Shown here piece by piece: positions 8,893 through 19,059 of a stretch of DNA of 64,000 nt; position 1 is the first letter of the stretch; the number at the start of each line of letters is the position of its first letter. The stretch is from Candidatus Marinacidobacterales bacterium. GTDB taxonomy: Bacteria; Acidobacteriota; Vicinamibacteria; Marinacidobacterales; DATDRI01. The translations under genes and the position numbers were made by a program. The DNA lies in NCBI GenBank assembly GCA_965226495.1, contig OZ245365.1, positions 3,744,001 through 3,808,000 of the forward strand, given 5' to 3'. Below the pieces are notes generated by a model. That model made no database searches. It was not told where the DNA came from and saw nothing but the letters and a program-made list of their open reading frames with translations.

Positions 8893-9436
8893 TGGGAGAC
8901 GGTGCCATAGGATCGGCCTCTTCTTCTTCGGGAACATCGCTGTACCCGTCAGCGTGGATCCTCCAAGAGCCGTCGGCGATTCGTTTCAAGACCACGACAA
9001 ATTTCCCCTTGCTCCGGCTGATCTCTTGTCCCTCCCGCGCACGGATGAGCGTGTAGTAGCCAATGTCATAGGCGAGATCTCCGTCGATGTCCCGGTCCAA
9101 GCTGCTGAAAGACAGCTCCAGCTGAACTCCGTCTTCAGACATCCGAGCCAATCCACCCTCGAAGGACTGCTCGATCGCTTCGCGCCCTCGCAAGACGTCT
9201 CCGCCTGGCGCCAGGTAAAGCGCGTCCTCCGTATAGAGTGCAGCAACAAGCTTAGGATCCGCCAGATCGTAAGCTTCACTAAACACGCGATAGACCTCGT
9301 CGATGGCGCGATAGTCCGCATCCGCATCTCGTTGCGTATGGTTCGCCGCCTCGTCCATCCGCGCTGCGCGCGAGCAGGCGCCCAACCCCAGCGCGAAAAG
9401 CCCAGCGGAGACGGTTGCGATGAGTTTCTCTGTCAT
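8885..9436 (-). CDS. NTF2-like (DUF4440/SnoaL-like) lipoprotein
   Basis: Lipobox LGAC; LYTEDA, GREAI, GDLAY, GKFVVVLKR and DGSWRI motifs; GGAGGAG RBS. Confidence 0.8.
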   Translation of the reverse strand: MTEKLIATVSAGLFALGLGACSRAARMDEAANHTQRDADADYRAIDEVYRVFSEAYDLADPKLVAALYTEDALYLAPGGDVLRGREAIEQSFEGGLARMSEDGVQLELSFSSLDRDIDGDLAYDIGYYTLIRAREGQEISRSKGKFVVVLKRIADGSWRIHADGYSDVPEEEEADPMAPSPTS

Positions 9437-9654
9437 GAGACTCCTCCCTAACCCGTTATGCCACCCATCCCCTCTGTCTTCTCTCAAAGGCCGGCCTTCC
9501 CGTCGTCATTTTCCTCGAAAGCAAAGCATTAGCCAAAAGGATTCTTTTCAGCCCAGCGAAGTGTCTGCTCTTAAACCTCTTATGGCCGCGGCGGGACTGT
9601 GGTAAGCTCACGACATGGAGCAAGCGGCTCCGACATCTTACCAGGGAGGCTCCA

Positions 9655-10881
9655 ATGGCCGACGCGCCGGCAACCACCGTATCGAAGAAGACCCAAGAGC
9701 ACATCGCCCTCGCCGAAATGCATGGGGCCCACAACTATCATCCACTCCCCGTCGTCATCGAGCGAGGTGAAGGTATTTGGGTATGGGACGTCGACGGAAA
9801 GAAGTACATGGACTGCCTATCTGCGTACTCCGCTGTGAACCAGGGACACTGCCACCCCCGGCTCATCGAAGCCACGAAGAAACAGGCGGAAAGACTCACC
9901 CTCACTTCGCGAGCCTTCCATAACGACCAGACCGGACCTTTTTTCAGAGAGCTTGCGGAAGTCTGCGACATGGACACGGTACTCCCTATGAACACAGGTG
10001 CCGAAGCCGTGGAGACGGCCATCAAGACGGCTCGCAAATGGGGCTACACAAAGAAGGGTGTAGAGGACAACCAAGCCGAGATCATTGCTTTCGAGAACAA
10101 TTTCCATGGCCGTACCACGACCATCGTCGGCTTCTCCACCGAGGCCCAGTACCAGGAGGGTTTCGGACCCTTCACTCCTGGGTTCCGCACCGTGCCGTAC
10201 GGGGACGTGGACGCGGTGCGGCATGCGGTGAACAAGAACACCGTGGGGATCCTGGTGGAGCCCTTACAAGGTGAAGCGGGAGTCGTCGTCCCGCCGGAAG
10301 GATTCCTTCGCGGCTTGAGAGATCTCGCGACCGCGGAGAGCGTCCTCCTCCTTGCGGACGAAATTCAAACCGGCCTCGGCCGCACCGGTCGGATGTTCGC
10401 CTGTCAGCACGAGAACGTTCAGCCGGATGTCTACATCGTCGGCAAGGCTTTAAGCGGGGGTTTCTACCCCGTCTCGGCAGTGGTCTCCTCCAACGAGATC
10501 CTTGCCGTCTTTGAGCCCGGTGATCACGGGTCGACGTTCGGCGGCAATCCTTTGGCTTCCGCGATTGCCCGCGAGGCGCTCCGCATCTTGGTCGAGGATA
10601 AGCTACCGGAACGTGCACACGAGATGGGCACGTACTTCATGGAAGGCTTGCGTCAGATCGATTCTCCCCACGTCAAAGAGGTGCGGGGCAAGGGACTACT
10701 CATCGGCGTCGAGCTCAAACCCGAGTCGGGGCCAGCACGAACCTTCTGCGAAAGCCTGATGGAACGGGGCATGCTCTGCAAGGAGACTCACGAGAGCGTC
10801 ATTCGATTCGCGCCACCGCTCGTCATAGAGCGCGGCGACGTCGACTGGGCACTCGGTGAAATTCGCGAGGTCCTCTCCTAG
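9655..10881 (+). CDS. rocD: Ornithine--oxo-acid aminotransferase
   Basis: GAHNYHPLPVV, SAYSAVNQGHCHP, MNTGAEAVET, DEIQTGLGRTG, GKALSGG and HGSTFGGNP motifs. Confidence 0.95.
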   Translation: MADAPATTVSKKTQEHIALAEMHGAHNYHPLPVVIERGEGIWVWDVDGKKYMDCLSAYSAVNQGHCHPRLIEATKKQAERLTLTSRAFHNDQTGPFFRELAEVCDMDTVLPMNTGAEAVETAIKTARKWGYTKKGVEDNQAEIIAFENNFHGRTTTIVGFSTEAQYQEGFGPFTPGFRTVPYGDVDAVRHAVNKNTVGILVEPLQGEAGVVVPPEGFLRGLRDLATAESVLLLADEIQTGLGRTGRMFACQHENVQPDVYIVGKALSGGFYPVSAVVSSNEILAVFEPGDHGSTFGGNPLASAIAREALRILVEDKLPERAHEMGTYFMEGLRQIDSPHVKEVRGKGLLIGVELKPESGPARTFCESLMERGMLCKETHESVIRFAPPLVIERGDVDWALGEIREVLS

Positions 10882-10894
10882 CCGAAGACAACCG

Positions 10895-12097
10895 TCAAAT
10901 TCCCCGATAGGGCCGTTCGAGATAACGGCGGGCTGTCTTGTGAGAGTCCCCGACTGGCGGAAGGCCAAGCACCGCATCGTAGTGTGACCGAGCCCTTTCC
11001 CTCCTTCCCTTCTCATCCAATATGAGCCCGGCCTCGAGATGACATAGCGCCTGCTCGCGGGCCGGTGTCCTGGAGTGTTCCGTGCAATCGACGAACTGCT
11101 GAAGCGCCAGATCGTGGCGGCCCAGACGAACGAGCCGGCTGCCAAGCTTGTATCGAAACGTTTCGAGGGAAAGCTTGTTGTAGTTGGGTCGTTGCTCCTC
11201 GGCAAGTTTCACGACTGTGAGATAGGTCTTCACGGCGTCTTGCTTTCTGCCCATTCTCTCCAGTATTTGCCCTTGGTTGAGGTGGAACAAGAAGTTTCGA
11301 GGAAAACGTCGGTGTAACTCACCGGCGATCGCCAAGGCATCCTGATTCTTCTTTTCGCGGAAGTGTACAACCATCAGCAGCACGCTGGCCTCGTCGGGAA
11401 CTGATAGTCCTTTGTCGCGAGCGAGCTCCAGGTACTCGATGCCTCTCTCTTCACTGCCGCGATATCCCACGATCTTGGCGGGCCATTTGAAGTACCAACG
11501 CAAATTATCGACAATGTACTCGTACAAACCGACGCTCATATAGGCATCGTAGTATTCGGGGTTTTCCGTCAGGATCCTCTGATGCTCGTGGTAGGCCCTT
11601 TTGGCGTGACGAATGGCCCCCATCTTGCTCCGGTCGATGGTGTAATAAAAGGCAGCCAGCAGACCCTCGGCACTACCACGAAGGAATCGTGCGTCTTCAC
11701 TCCCCACGTCCTCTTTCAAGATCGCCGCTGACAGACGTTGGCTTCGCTCGATGTTCTCGAAGAACGCTTGTCGGTGAGCGCCCGGCATTTTTCGGGCGGA
11801 GGCCTTGTTGAAGTAACCGGGAGCTACGAATCGACCGAGGTTGAGATCTTGGCGCTCGAAGAGCTCACGAAGCCAAATCGCCGCCGCGATGTCGAGCGGT
11901 GGACCCGGATGAACGGGATACTTAGCACTCACGTCGGTGAAGGTCGCGATCGCTCGCTCATAGTCCAGGTTGTAGATCTGCTCGAAGCCCTCGCCAACGA
12001 GAGCAAGGTACTCCGCATCGCTGTGATCGGGGCTCGCGGAACCGAGAGCGGCGCGACCCGCAAGAACCAGTGCCACGATGACCAGAGCACTTTTCAA
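10895..12097 (-). CDS. Secreted TPR-repeat protein
   Basis: Signal peptide and repeated TPR-like helical pairs (DAYMSVGLYEY, FHLNQGQIL, CHLEAGLIL). Confidence 0.75.
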   Translation of the reverse strand: MKSALVIVALVLAGRAALGSASPDHSDAEYLALVGEGFEQIYNLDYERAIATFTDVSAKYPVHPGPPLDIAAAIWLRELFERQDLNLGRFVAPGYFNKASARKMPGAHRQAFFENIERSQRLSAAILKEDVGSEDARFLRGSAEGLLAAFYYTIDRSKMGAIRHAKRAYHEHQRILTENPEYYDAYMSVGLYEYIVDNLRWYFKWPAKIVGYRGSEERGIEYLELARDKGLSVPDEASVLLMVVHFREKKNQDALAIAGELHRRFPRNFLFHLNQGQILERMGRKQDAVKTYLTVVKLAEEQRPNYNKLSLETFRYKLGSRLVRLGRHDLALQQFVDCTEHSRTPAREQALCHLEAGLILDEKGRRERARSHYDAVLGLPPVGDSHKTARRYLERPYRGI

Positions 12098-12259
12098 AAA
12101 GAACTCTCCTCGATTGACAAGCTGTAGGTGATTTCCCCACGGGCGTTGTGAAACCCCAACGCCCAGGCCCCTTTCAGGGATCGGCCAGAGTCACAGTGCG
12201 ACCTCACAACTCCCCTTAAACACAACGCTATTCAGCTCCCACCTCGTTTGCGCCGGAAC

Positions 12260-12275
12260 TGGTACCCCCTTTGCT
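12260..12275 (+). promoter_or_regulatory. Sigma54 (-24/-12) promoter
   Basis: TGGTAC-CCCC-TTTGCT gives exact GG-N10-GC spacing (GG 12261-12262, GC 12273-12274), about 95 bp upstream of the ORF at 12370. Confidence 0.6.
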
Positions 12276-12369
12276 TTGAAAAGTCTCACAACGAACTTAC
12301 CAAAACACACTAACAGCTTTAGGCGGCCCGGCTAACGGGTGGTCCCCCTTCGGCTGACGGAGCCAAAGC

Positions 12370-12852
12370 ATGAAAATGATACTGGGATTGATGGGGCTTC
12401 TTCTCTTCTTCAGCTTAGCCGCTGCTCCCAACGCTCGCGCTTGCTCTCCGCTAACCAAGTCAGACGACACCTCGTCCGAAGCGGAGCCAGACGACAGTAC
12501 ACCCGCCCAGATTGAAGTCGACGAGTCCAAAGGACAAGAGGGACAACAGGCACGGGGTCTCTACCGGTTTTTCGGAGCCACCATGTTTGCCGCATCGGCA
12601 GGAGACATCGCCAGCACCGAGTGGGGTCTGACGAAGCCTGGGATCTATGAAACAAATCCCTTGGCGACGAATCGGAATGCTCGCGTCACCGCACACGTCT
12701 TGGTGCCGACGGTCGTTTGGTGGACCACCAACAAAATGCGGAAGGACGGTCATTACAAGGCGGCGCTTTGGATTCGCATCGGCGTCACCGCGGCATACGG
12801 CTATGCGGTCATGAACAACCTGCGGACGGCGGGAGCCGCCCCAATCAATTAG
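12370..12852 (+). CDS. Hypothetical exported/membrane protein with DUF5658-like C-terminal domain
   Basis: Signal peptide, acidic linker, D..ST..GL..PG.YE.NPL motif and hydrophobic helices. Confidence 0.65.
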   Translation: MKMILGLMGLLLFFSLAAAPNARACSPLTKSDDTSSEAEPDDSTPAQIEVDESKGQEGQQARGLYRFFGATMFAASAGDIASTEWGLTKPGIYETNPLATNRNARVTAHVLVPTVVWWTTNKMRKDGHYKAALWIRIGVTAAYGYAVMNNLRTAGAAPIN

Positions 12853-12967
12853 TGGCTTCCTTCCTTTGTTCCCTCTCCCCCTGGGCCGCGGCCGTCAAAA
12901 CAGGCTGTGGCTGTGCCACCGGGCGGGCAAGGTAGCCAGACGGCGGGTGAGGGGAAATTAGACCGAT

Positions 12968-15133
12968 TTAGCGTCGCCCAGCGTCAGAGGCGGGGGCGCT
13001 CAACGTCAACACCCCCACCTTCTCGAGCATCCGAAAGTACTCTTCGAACTCTTCGAGCGGGGCAGGACCATACTCCGCGGCAAGCCGCTCCCGAATTTGG
13101 CCCAAGTTCAACTCTCCGTCCGCGAAATTGAGAGTCTCCCACGGGTAGTAGCGGCCGCGGCGGACCAGTCGGATCTTCTCGGCAAACTCCGCATCCTGGA
13201 GTTTCTCTTTGAGCCAATCCTGGCCGTACTGGTGTCGAAATAGATTCACCGGCCCTCTTATCTCCGTGTTGCGCGTGGGAACCAGAAGAGCGATCCCACC
13301 ACTTGGTGGAGACGACGGTTCGAGCGCGCCCCACTCTCGCAATTCTGCGATCGTCGCCGCCTGCTGACGCAGGCGCTTTTGGGCGGCCGGCTCCAGTTCA
13401 ACCACACTCCGGGCGGTCTTTATTACATAGTCCTTCGACGTTGCGTCGGAGGCGAAGACTTCCAGGGTCGCGAGCGCCTCCGCTTCGCGCCGATACGCCT
13501 GGGTGATGGTATTCTGAGCCAACCAGTAGTCGTCCGGTGCAGAGTCCCTCGACGCCGCCCAAAGCAGATCCATCGCCCTTCGCTCCTCACTCGCCAGTCG
13601 GGTGCGAGTCTTTTGAAGCGCGTTCTGAGCCAAACTCGGTATGTCATCGGATCCCGCCGATGCCATGGCCAACGCGGCGGCCCCGGCGATCACACCGGCT
13701 CGCTTCATTTGCGTCGCATCGGCCCGCGCGCGATTGTCTTCTTGTGTCCCAATGAACGGATCGGGCCAGGTATTGAATAGAACGGCGTGGAGGCCAATGC
13801 TCGCCTCGCCGACGTCTTCATGATCGCTCGGACCCCAAAAATCCTCGATCTTGTAAAAGAACTGGTCACCGCTACCCGCCGGATCGACAATGGGGAGGAG
13901 GAAACCACTGTCGAAGCTACCCGCACGTCCGTGCCGAATGGAAATAGTGTTGCCTTCTCCGACGACTTCGAACATTTCCTGCACGATGTCATTGATGAAA
14001 GAGGGACGTGAGTGTGGCGTTCGATAAAGACGCAGTATCGATTGGCTCAGATGCTGATGATCTCCCACCATGTCCAGGTCCAGATAGGCCAGCACGCGCT
14101 TGGTATTCTCGGGGTAGGTATAGAAGTAGTAGAGGCTGGTCGTGTGCTCGGCTCCCCAAGTAAAGCGGATGTTGCGACGTGGCCGGGGGATCTTGCCCCC
14201 CTCGACCAGAGTCGCCAGGCTTCGGGCCAAGTCCAGGGTCGCTCCCACACCGGTCAGATTGTTCCCTCCGCCGCCGTTGCGATAATTAGTGTGCCCCTGG
14301 ATCCAAATCTCCGGCAGCTCGGGTTCTGTTCCCTTCACCACGGCGTGAACCTGCGGGTAGTAGCCGGCCTTCGTTTCCGCTTCGACTTGGGCGTTCACGA
14401 CGAGTCTCTCCCCGGCGGCGAGCCTATTGGAAAGCTCCTTCCCTGAACGGTAGGAAACGGAAATGACGAATCCTGGAGGCTCACCATTCGGGCCGTCACG
14501 AGGAGCGATCTGAACCCCGCCAATGAGATCGGGTTGGCTGATGTGATTCGCCGTGCGATAGGCGATCACTCCTGCCGCACCGTGCTCCCAGACCGCCGTC
14601 GCATGAACCATCCCCGGGGAACCGGAAGCGAGCACGATCTTCCCCGACACGGACTTGCCTTCGTAGTCCGACGCCTTGGTGCCCGCCCCGACATCGACCA
14701 GCTCGACAGTCAAATCAGCGCTGGTGCTGAACCGACCAAGATGGCCGCGATAAGCGTCGAAGCTTGCGATCCGTTCCTTGTTGGGCTCGATCAACCAAAT
14801 CTCCGCCTTCTTACCCTCCCACCAGGGCTCGGACCGAAAAGCCCAGTAGTAGAGTTTTCCATCGGACGGGAACTTTTCGATCTTCACGTCCGAGAGTCCC
14901 CATCCCCGTGCGCTGTCGGCGATGTAGTCCGCCGTCTGCTCGGCCCCGAGTGAAGGCGAAAAACCTGAGAAATTGCTGACGATGTGCGAGAAGTGGTTGA
15001 GCCCCATCTCCCCGGAGGTCTCTGCGATGAGGGCGTCCATGGTCTCGCGGTCGATCAAAGTAGAGTCTTGACCGCGGGTCATGCCCCCGCCGCCAAGAAG
15101 CACGGTCAAGAAAACCAAGACTCGTCGCTTCAT
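12968..15133 (-). CDS. M28-like peptidase with PA domain (DUF4910-like); metal site appears degenerate
   Basis: Signal peptide, PA domain (ELVDVGAG...VSGKIVL), IRFTWGAE, DLDMVG and GPSDH motifs. Confidence 0.75.
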   Translation of the reverse strand: MKRRVLVFLTVLLGGGGMTRGQDSTLIDRETMDALIAETSGEMGLNHFSHIVSNFSGFSPSLGAEQTADYIADSARGWGLSDVKIEKFPSDGKLYYWAFRSEPWWEGKKAEIWLIEPNKERIASFDAYRGHLGRFSTSADLTVELVDVGAGTKASDYEGKSVSGKIVLASGSPGMVHATAVWEHGAAGVIAYRTANHISQPDLIGGVQIAPRDGPNGEPPGFVISVSYRSGKELSNRLAAGERLVVNAQVEAETKAGYYPQVHAVVKGTEPELPEIWIQGHTNYRNGGGGNNLTGVGATLDLARSLATLVEGGKIPRPRRNIRFTWGAEHTTSLYYFYTYPENTKRVLAYLDLDMVGDHQHLSQSILRLYRTPHSRPSFINDIVQEMFEVVGEGNTISIRHGRAGSFDSGFLLPIVDPAGSGDQFFYKIEDFWGPSDHEDVGEASIGLHAVLFNTWPDPFIGTQEDNRARADATQMKRAGVIAGAAALAMASAGSDDIPSLAQNALQKTRTRLASEERRAMDLLWAASRDSAPDDYWLAQNTITQAYRREAEALATLEVFASDATSKDYVIKTARSVVELEPAAQKRLRQQAATIAELREWGALEPSSPPSGGIALLVPTRNTEIRGPVNLFRHQYGQDWLKEKLQDAEFAEKIRLVRRGRYYPWETLNFADGELNLGQIRERLAAEYGPAPLEEFEEYFRMLEKVGVLTLSAPASDAGRR

Positions 15134-15250
15134 CAATCCTACTCCTCCCGCCCTCTCCGGGGCGATGCGCGAGGCGACCAAGGCCTCGCGGTTTCTCGAA
15201 CCCTTAACGACATAGCTTTTAGCACAACGCTCTTTCTGAGATCGAGTACC

Positions 15251-16330
15251 TCAGGGATGCGATGCCACCCATCCGGCCGCCGCGACTCCAGCAAGCTGGC
15301 CGGACCTGCGGGCCTGCTCTTCATCTGCCGGCCCCAGAACGTCTCCCGCCAAAAAAACCCCCGGAATCGTCGTGCTTCCTTGGGAATATACTTTCGCGCG
15401 ATCTCCCTTGAGCTTCCGATCGTAGTACGTCTCGCAACCGAGAGCGCGGACCAGCCCCAGGGAAGGAACTCTTCCTCCTTCCACGACCACCGTATCCACA
15501 TCGACATCGACCTCCCCTTCCGGTGAAGCGCGCTGGTCAGGATCGGCGGTCACCAGCCTCGCGCCCGATACTCTGAGCTTCCCCCGGGCCGAAGCCAAAA
15601 TCATTTCTTGGCCCACCACAATGACGCGCTCGGCGCCGAGCTGCTCGAGGCGTCCGCCGAGCCGGCCAGCGCGCTCCGCCCCACCACAGAGCAAGAATCG
15701 CGAGCCGGGCAAGAAGCTCCTTGCCGCAAAGCGTTCGGTCAAATCCATCGGCAGCACACCGGGAAGCGTCGAGCCGGGAAACGAATGCACGCGATCGAAA
15801 GCCCCGGTGGCCACAACGAGCGCTTTCCATTTCAGTGGGACCCGAGCCCCATCTCGTAGACAGAAAAGCTCCCCATCCAGCACGATGGTCGGCTCCGGAG
15901 AACGAACCGCGGGGAGTGACATGAGCCTCGCTTCCAAAACGTCAACGTCCTTTATTCCGGCAGCGCGTGCCGCGCGAGCCGCCTCGAGGCCCGCGGGACC
16001 GGCTCCGACGACAACGATGCTGGCGTGGCGATGAGCCTCGATTCGCGGCGGATCGACGAGTCGACTCAGTGCATTCTCCTCACCGGAAGACTCCGAAGTT
16101 CTGAGCGAGAGATCGGGACACAAAGGAAATCGACAGCACGGTAAATCGGGCAGGCCTTCCACCAGAACATTGCAGTCTCGGCAGCTGCCGTTCCCGCAAA
16201 ACAAGTATGGGAGCTCGCCCGGCGGAGGGACTTCGGAGCCTCTGAGGAACTGCTTCATAACCGCCGCGCCGGCAAACTCGATGGAGTCGTCTGCGGTCAG
16301 TTCTACACCGTTCAAGAAAAAACGGTTCAT
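15251..16330 (-). CDS. 2Fe-2S plus FAD/NAD-binding oxidoreductase (sarcosine oxidase alpha / HcnAB / opine oxidase-like)
   Basis: FCGNGSCRDC...CC, VVGAGPAGL, VVATGA, FPGSTLPGV and TTIPGVFLAGD motifs. Confidence 0.8.
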   Translation of the reverse strand: MNRFFLNGVELTADDSIEFAGAAVMKQFLRGSEVPPPGELPYLFCGNGSCRDCNVLVEGLPDLPCCRFPLCPDLSLRTSESSGEENALSRLVDPPRIEAHRHASIVVVGAGPAGLEAARAARAAGIKDVDVLEARLMSLPAVRSPEPTIVLDGELFCLRDGARVPLKWKALVVATGAFDRVHSFPGSTLPGVLPMDLTERFAARSFLPGSRFLLCGGAERAGRLGGRLEQLGAERVIVVGQEMILASARGKLRVSGARLVTADPDQRASPEGEVDVDVDTVVVEGGRVPSLGLVRALGCETYYDRKLKGDRAKVYSQGSTTIPGVFLAGDVLGPADEEQARRSGQLAGVAAAGWVASHP

Positions 16331-16350
16331 TTGAGTATAGTATCGCGGTC

Positions 16351-18120
16351 ATGAGGTGGTCGTGGCTCACCCTGCTGGCGTTCGGCGGCGTTCATGCCTG
16401 TTCTTCCGGCCCTTCCGCGGATCTGATTCTCCGCGGAGGGAGGATTTACACGGTCGACCGAGAGCAACCCTGGGCCGAGGCGGTCGCGATCCGCGGAGAC
16501 GAGTTCATTGCCGTTGGACGTAGCCAAGAAATGGATCGGCTGATCGGCGGCGACACGGTCGTGGTCGAGCTCGACGGCCGTCTGGTCTTGCCCGGCATCA
16601 TCGATAGCCACATCCACTTCCTCGAGGGTTCGCTTCTTCTCGACCACGTCCAACTCGCCGAGGCCACCTCGCTCGAAGAAATGAAGGACATCGTGCGGCT
16701 CTTTGCCGAGGCCAACCCCAATGCGCCGTGGATCATCGGCCACGGTTGGAATTACACCAACGTCGATGAAGGACGACTACCCACTCGGGACGATCTTGAC
16801 GACGTCGCACCCGCTCGACCCGTCTTCCTCATGGCCTATGACGGTCATACCGCCTGGGTCAACTCGAAGGCTCTCGCCGCCGCAGGGATCGATAGCCAGT
16901 CGAAGCCACTAGGTCCGGGCGAGATCGTTAGGGATCCCGAAACCGGACAGGCAACCGGAGCACTCAAGGAGAAAGGAGCGATCCAGTTGGTGCGTCGCGT
17001 CATCCCCCGGCCCACCCGCGAGCAGTTACTAGCCACGCTCCGGAAGGGGATCGCCTATGCACACCGTTTCGGTGTGACGAGTATCCACTCCGCCGGCGGA
17101 ATTCCAGCCGAGGAGGATGCCGAGGGATATCCAGATAACGACGCACTCGATCTGTTCGCGGAGCTAGAGCAACGAGGCGAGCTGACGCTACGCGTTTATT
17201 CGGCGATGATCATCAATGGCACCACCACCGACGAGGACCTGGACCGCTTCGCCGAGTTGGGTGCGCGCCACCGAGGCCCCTGGCTCAAGGCCGGAGCGGT
17301 GAAGATCTTCATGGATGGCGTCATCGAGTCTCACACCGCCGCGATGCTCGAGACCTTTGCCAACAATCCCGAAGAACGTGGGGCTCCCAACTATACGCAG
17401 GCCGAGATCAACGAGCTCGTCTCCAAACTGGACGAGCGCGGCTTTCAGATCTTCACTCATGCTATCGGCGACCGAGCGGTGCGTATGGTCCTCGACGCAT
17501 ACCAGGAGGCCGCCGACGCCAATCCAAAGTCCCAGGGCCGGCATCGCATCGAACACGTCGAGGTTATCTCTGAGATAGACATCCCTCGTTTCGCCGAGCT
17601 CGACGTCATCGCGGCCATGCAGCCGCACCACGCGACTCCCGACATCGTGGGGGTGTGGGCCAAGGGCGTAGGGCCGAAGCGGATCGAGCGAGCCTTTGCG
17701 TGGAAGAGCCTTCGCGATGCCGGAGCGAGAGTCGTTCACGGAAGCGACTGGGCGGTGGTCACCATCGACCCATTGGTCGGACTCCATACCGCGGTCACGC
17801 GCCAAGATCTCGACAACCGGCCGGAAGGTGGCTGGATTCCCAATCAAAGATTGAAGTTGGAGGACGCGATCTCTGGTTATACGTTGGATGGCGCCTTTGC
17901 GTCTTTCGAGGAGGACGTCAAGGGTTCTATCGAGGTCGGAAAGCTGGCCGATCTCGCGGTTCTCTCGCAAGATCTCTTCAAGGTGCCGCCCCGCAAAATT
18001 GCAGCGACCGAGGTGATGATGACCCTCGTCGGAGGCAAGACAGTCTACGTTTCGCCTCGTTTTCTACCACCAGACTTGATAGAAACACTTTCGTCGATGA
18101 GTTCCCGAGGAATGCACTAA
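16351..18120 (+). CDS. Amidohydrolase 3 family (YtcJ-like) lipoprotein
   Basis: Lipobox VHAC; PGIIDSHIH, HTAWVNS, KIFMDG, HAIGDRA, HRIEH and GSDW motifs. Confidence 0.92.
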   Translation: MRWSWLTLLAFGGVHACSSGPSADLILRGGRIYTVDREQPWAEAVAIRGDEFIAVGRSQEMDRLIGGDTVVVELDGRLVLPGIIDSHIHFLEGSLLLDHVQLAEATSLEEMKDIVRLFAEANPNAPWIIGHGWNYTNVDEGRLPTRDDLDDVAPARPVFLMAYDGHTAWVNSKALAAAGIDSQSKPLGPGEIVRDPETGQATGALKEKGAIQLVRRVIPRPTREQLLATLRKGIAYAHRFGVTSIHSAGGIPAEEDAEGYPDNDALDLFAELEQRGELTLRVYSAMIINGTTTDEDLDRFAELGARHRGPWLKAGAVKIFMDGVIESHTAAMLETFANNPEERGAPNYTQAEINELVSKLDERGFQIFTHAIGDRAVRMVLDAYQEAADANPKSQGRHRIEHVEVISEIDIPRFAELDVIAAMQPHHATPDIVGVWAKGVGPKRIERAFAWKSLRDAGARVVHGSDWAVVTIDPLVGLHTAVTRQDLDNRPEGGWIPNQRLKLEDAISGYTLDGAFASFEEDVKGSIEVGKLADLAVLSQDLFKVPPRKIAATEVMMTLVGGKTVYVSPRFLPPDLIETLSSMSSRGMH

Positions 18121-18994
18121 TGTTGGGGGTAAGGGAAAAGCTTGTGTTGTTTGTACTGATGATGTCTCTCGCGGCCGCTTCCCAGGCCCAAGACAAGATC
18201 AAAGTCATCGTAGATCAGGACGCGCGCGGGCCTTGCAGCACCGACATGCAGTCGATCTTGATGTTCGCGCAGTCTCCCAAGGTGGAGGTCCTGGGCATCA
18301 CGATCGCGAGCGGTGACTTGTGGATGGATCAAGATACGCTCCATACCCTGCGCGCTTTGGAGATCGCCGGGCGCACCGACATCCCGGTCTACCGCGGGGC
18401 GGTGTTCCCCCTTCTGAACAGCAAGGAAGAGGCGGAACGCTGGGAGGTCCTTTACGGTGAGCATCTCTATAAAGGAGCGTGGAACGACGGGATGCCAGGA
18501 CCGTACGAACGAGTGCCGCTGCCGGAAGGCGAGCCGACGACTGAGCCCGCGGAAGGCCACGCTGCCAATTTCATCGTGCAAGCGGTAAACGCCAATCCGG
18601 GAGAGGTTGTTATTTGGAGCGGCGGCCCGCTTACCAACATCGCGCTCGCGCTGATGCTGGATCCGAAGCTTCCGGAAAAAGCCAAGGAGTTGGTGGTGAT
18701 GGGGGGTGGGATTGACCGCGCGCTCTATCGCAAGGAGTTCAACTGGTGGTGGGATCCGGAAGCGACCCGCATGGTGCTCCGAGCTCCGTGGAAAAAAATA
18801 CCATCACACCGATGGACATTTCGGTCAAGACACGCCACAGCGAGGAGTTGGTGGCGCGCATCGGTGAATCTTCCAGACCTGTGGCGCAATACATCAAGCG
18901 CTTCCACCGGATGTCGCCGCCGGACGCAGATCCCGATTGGGTGCCCTGGATCTTCATGTGGGACGAGGTGAGCGTTGCTACGAAGAACTCATGA
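18120..18994 (+). pseudogene. Nucleoside hydrolase (IU-NH family), frameshifted and apparently C-terminally truncated
   Basis: VIVDQD, IPVYRGA, GPLTNIAL and EFNWWWDPEA motifs. Frameshift at the A7 run 18792-18798; homology appears to stop just after MWDE. Confidence 0.75.
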
Positions 18995-19059
18995 CGAACT
19001 AGCATGACGAGTAGTAAACAGTGACCATCGGTTATCAGTACATAACTAATAAGTACTGA

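Noticed and set aside
12869-12956. CCCTCTCCC...GGGTGAGGG REP-like motif between convergent genes
   Set aside because: Pairing is imperfect and there is a single occurrence in the window; it cannot be distinguished from a terminator.
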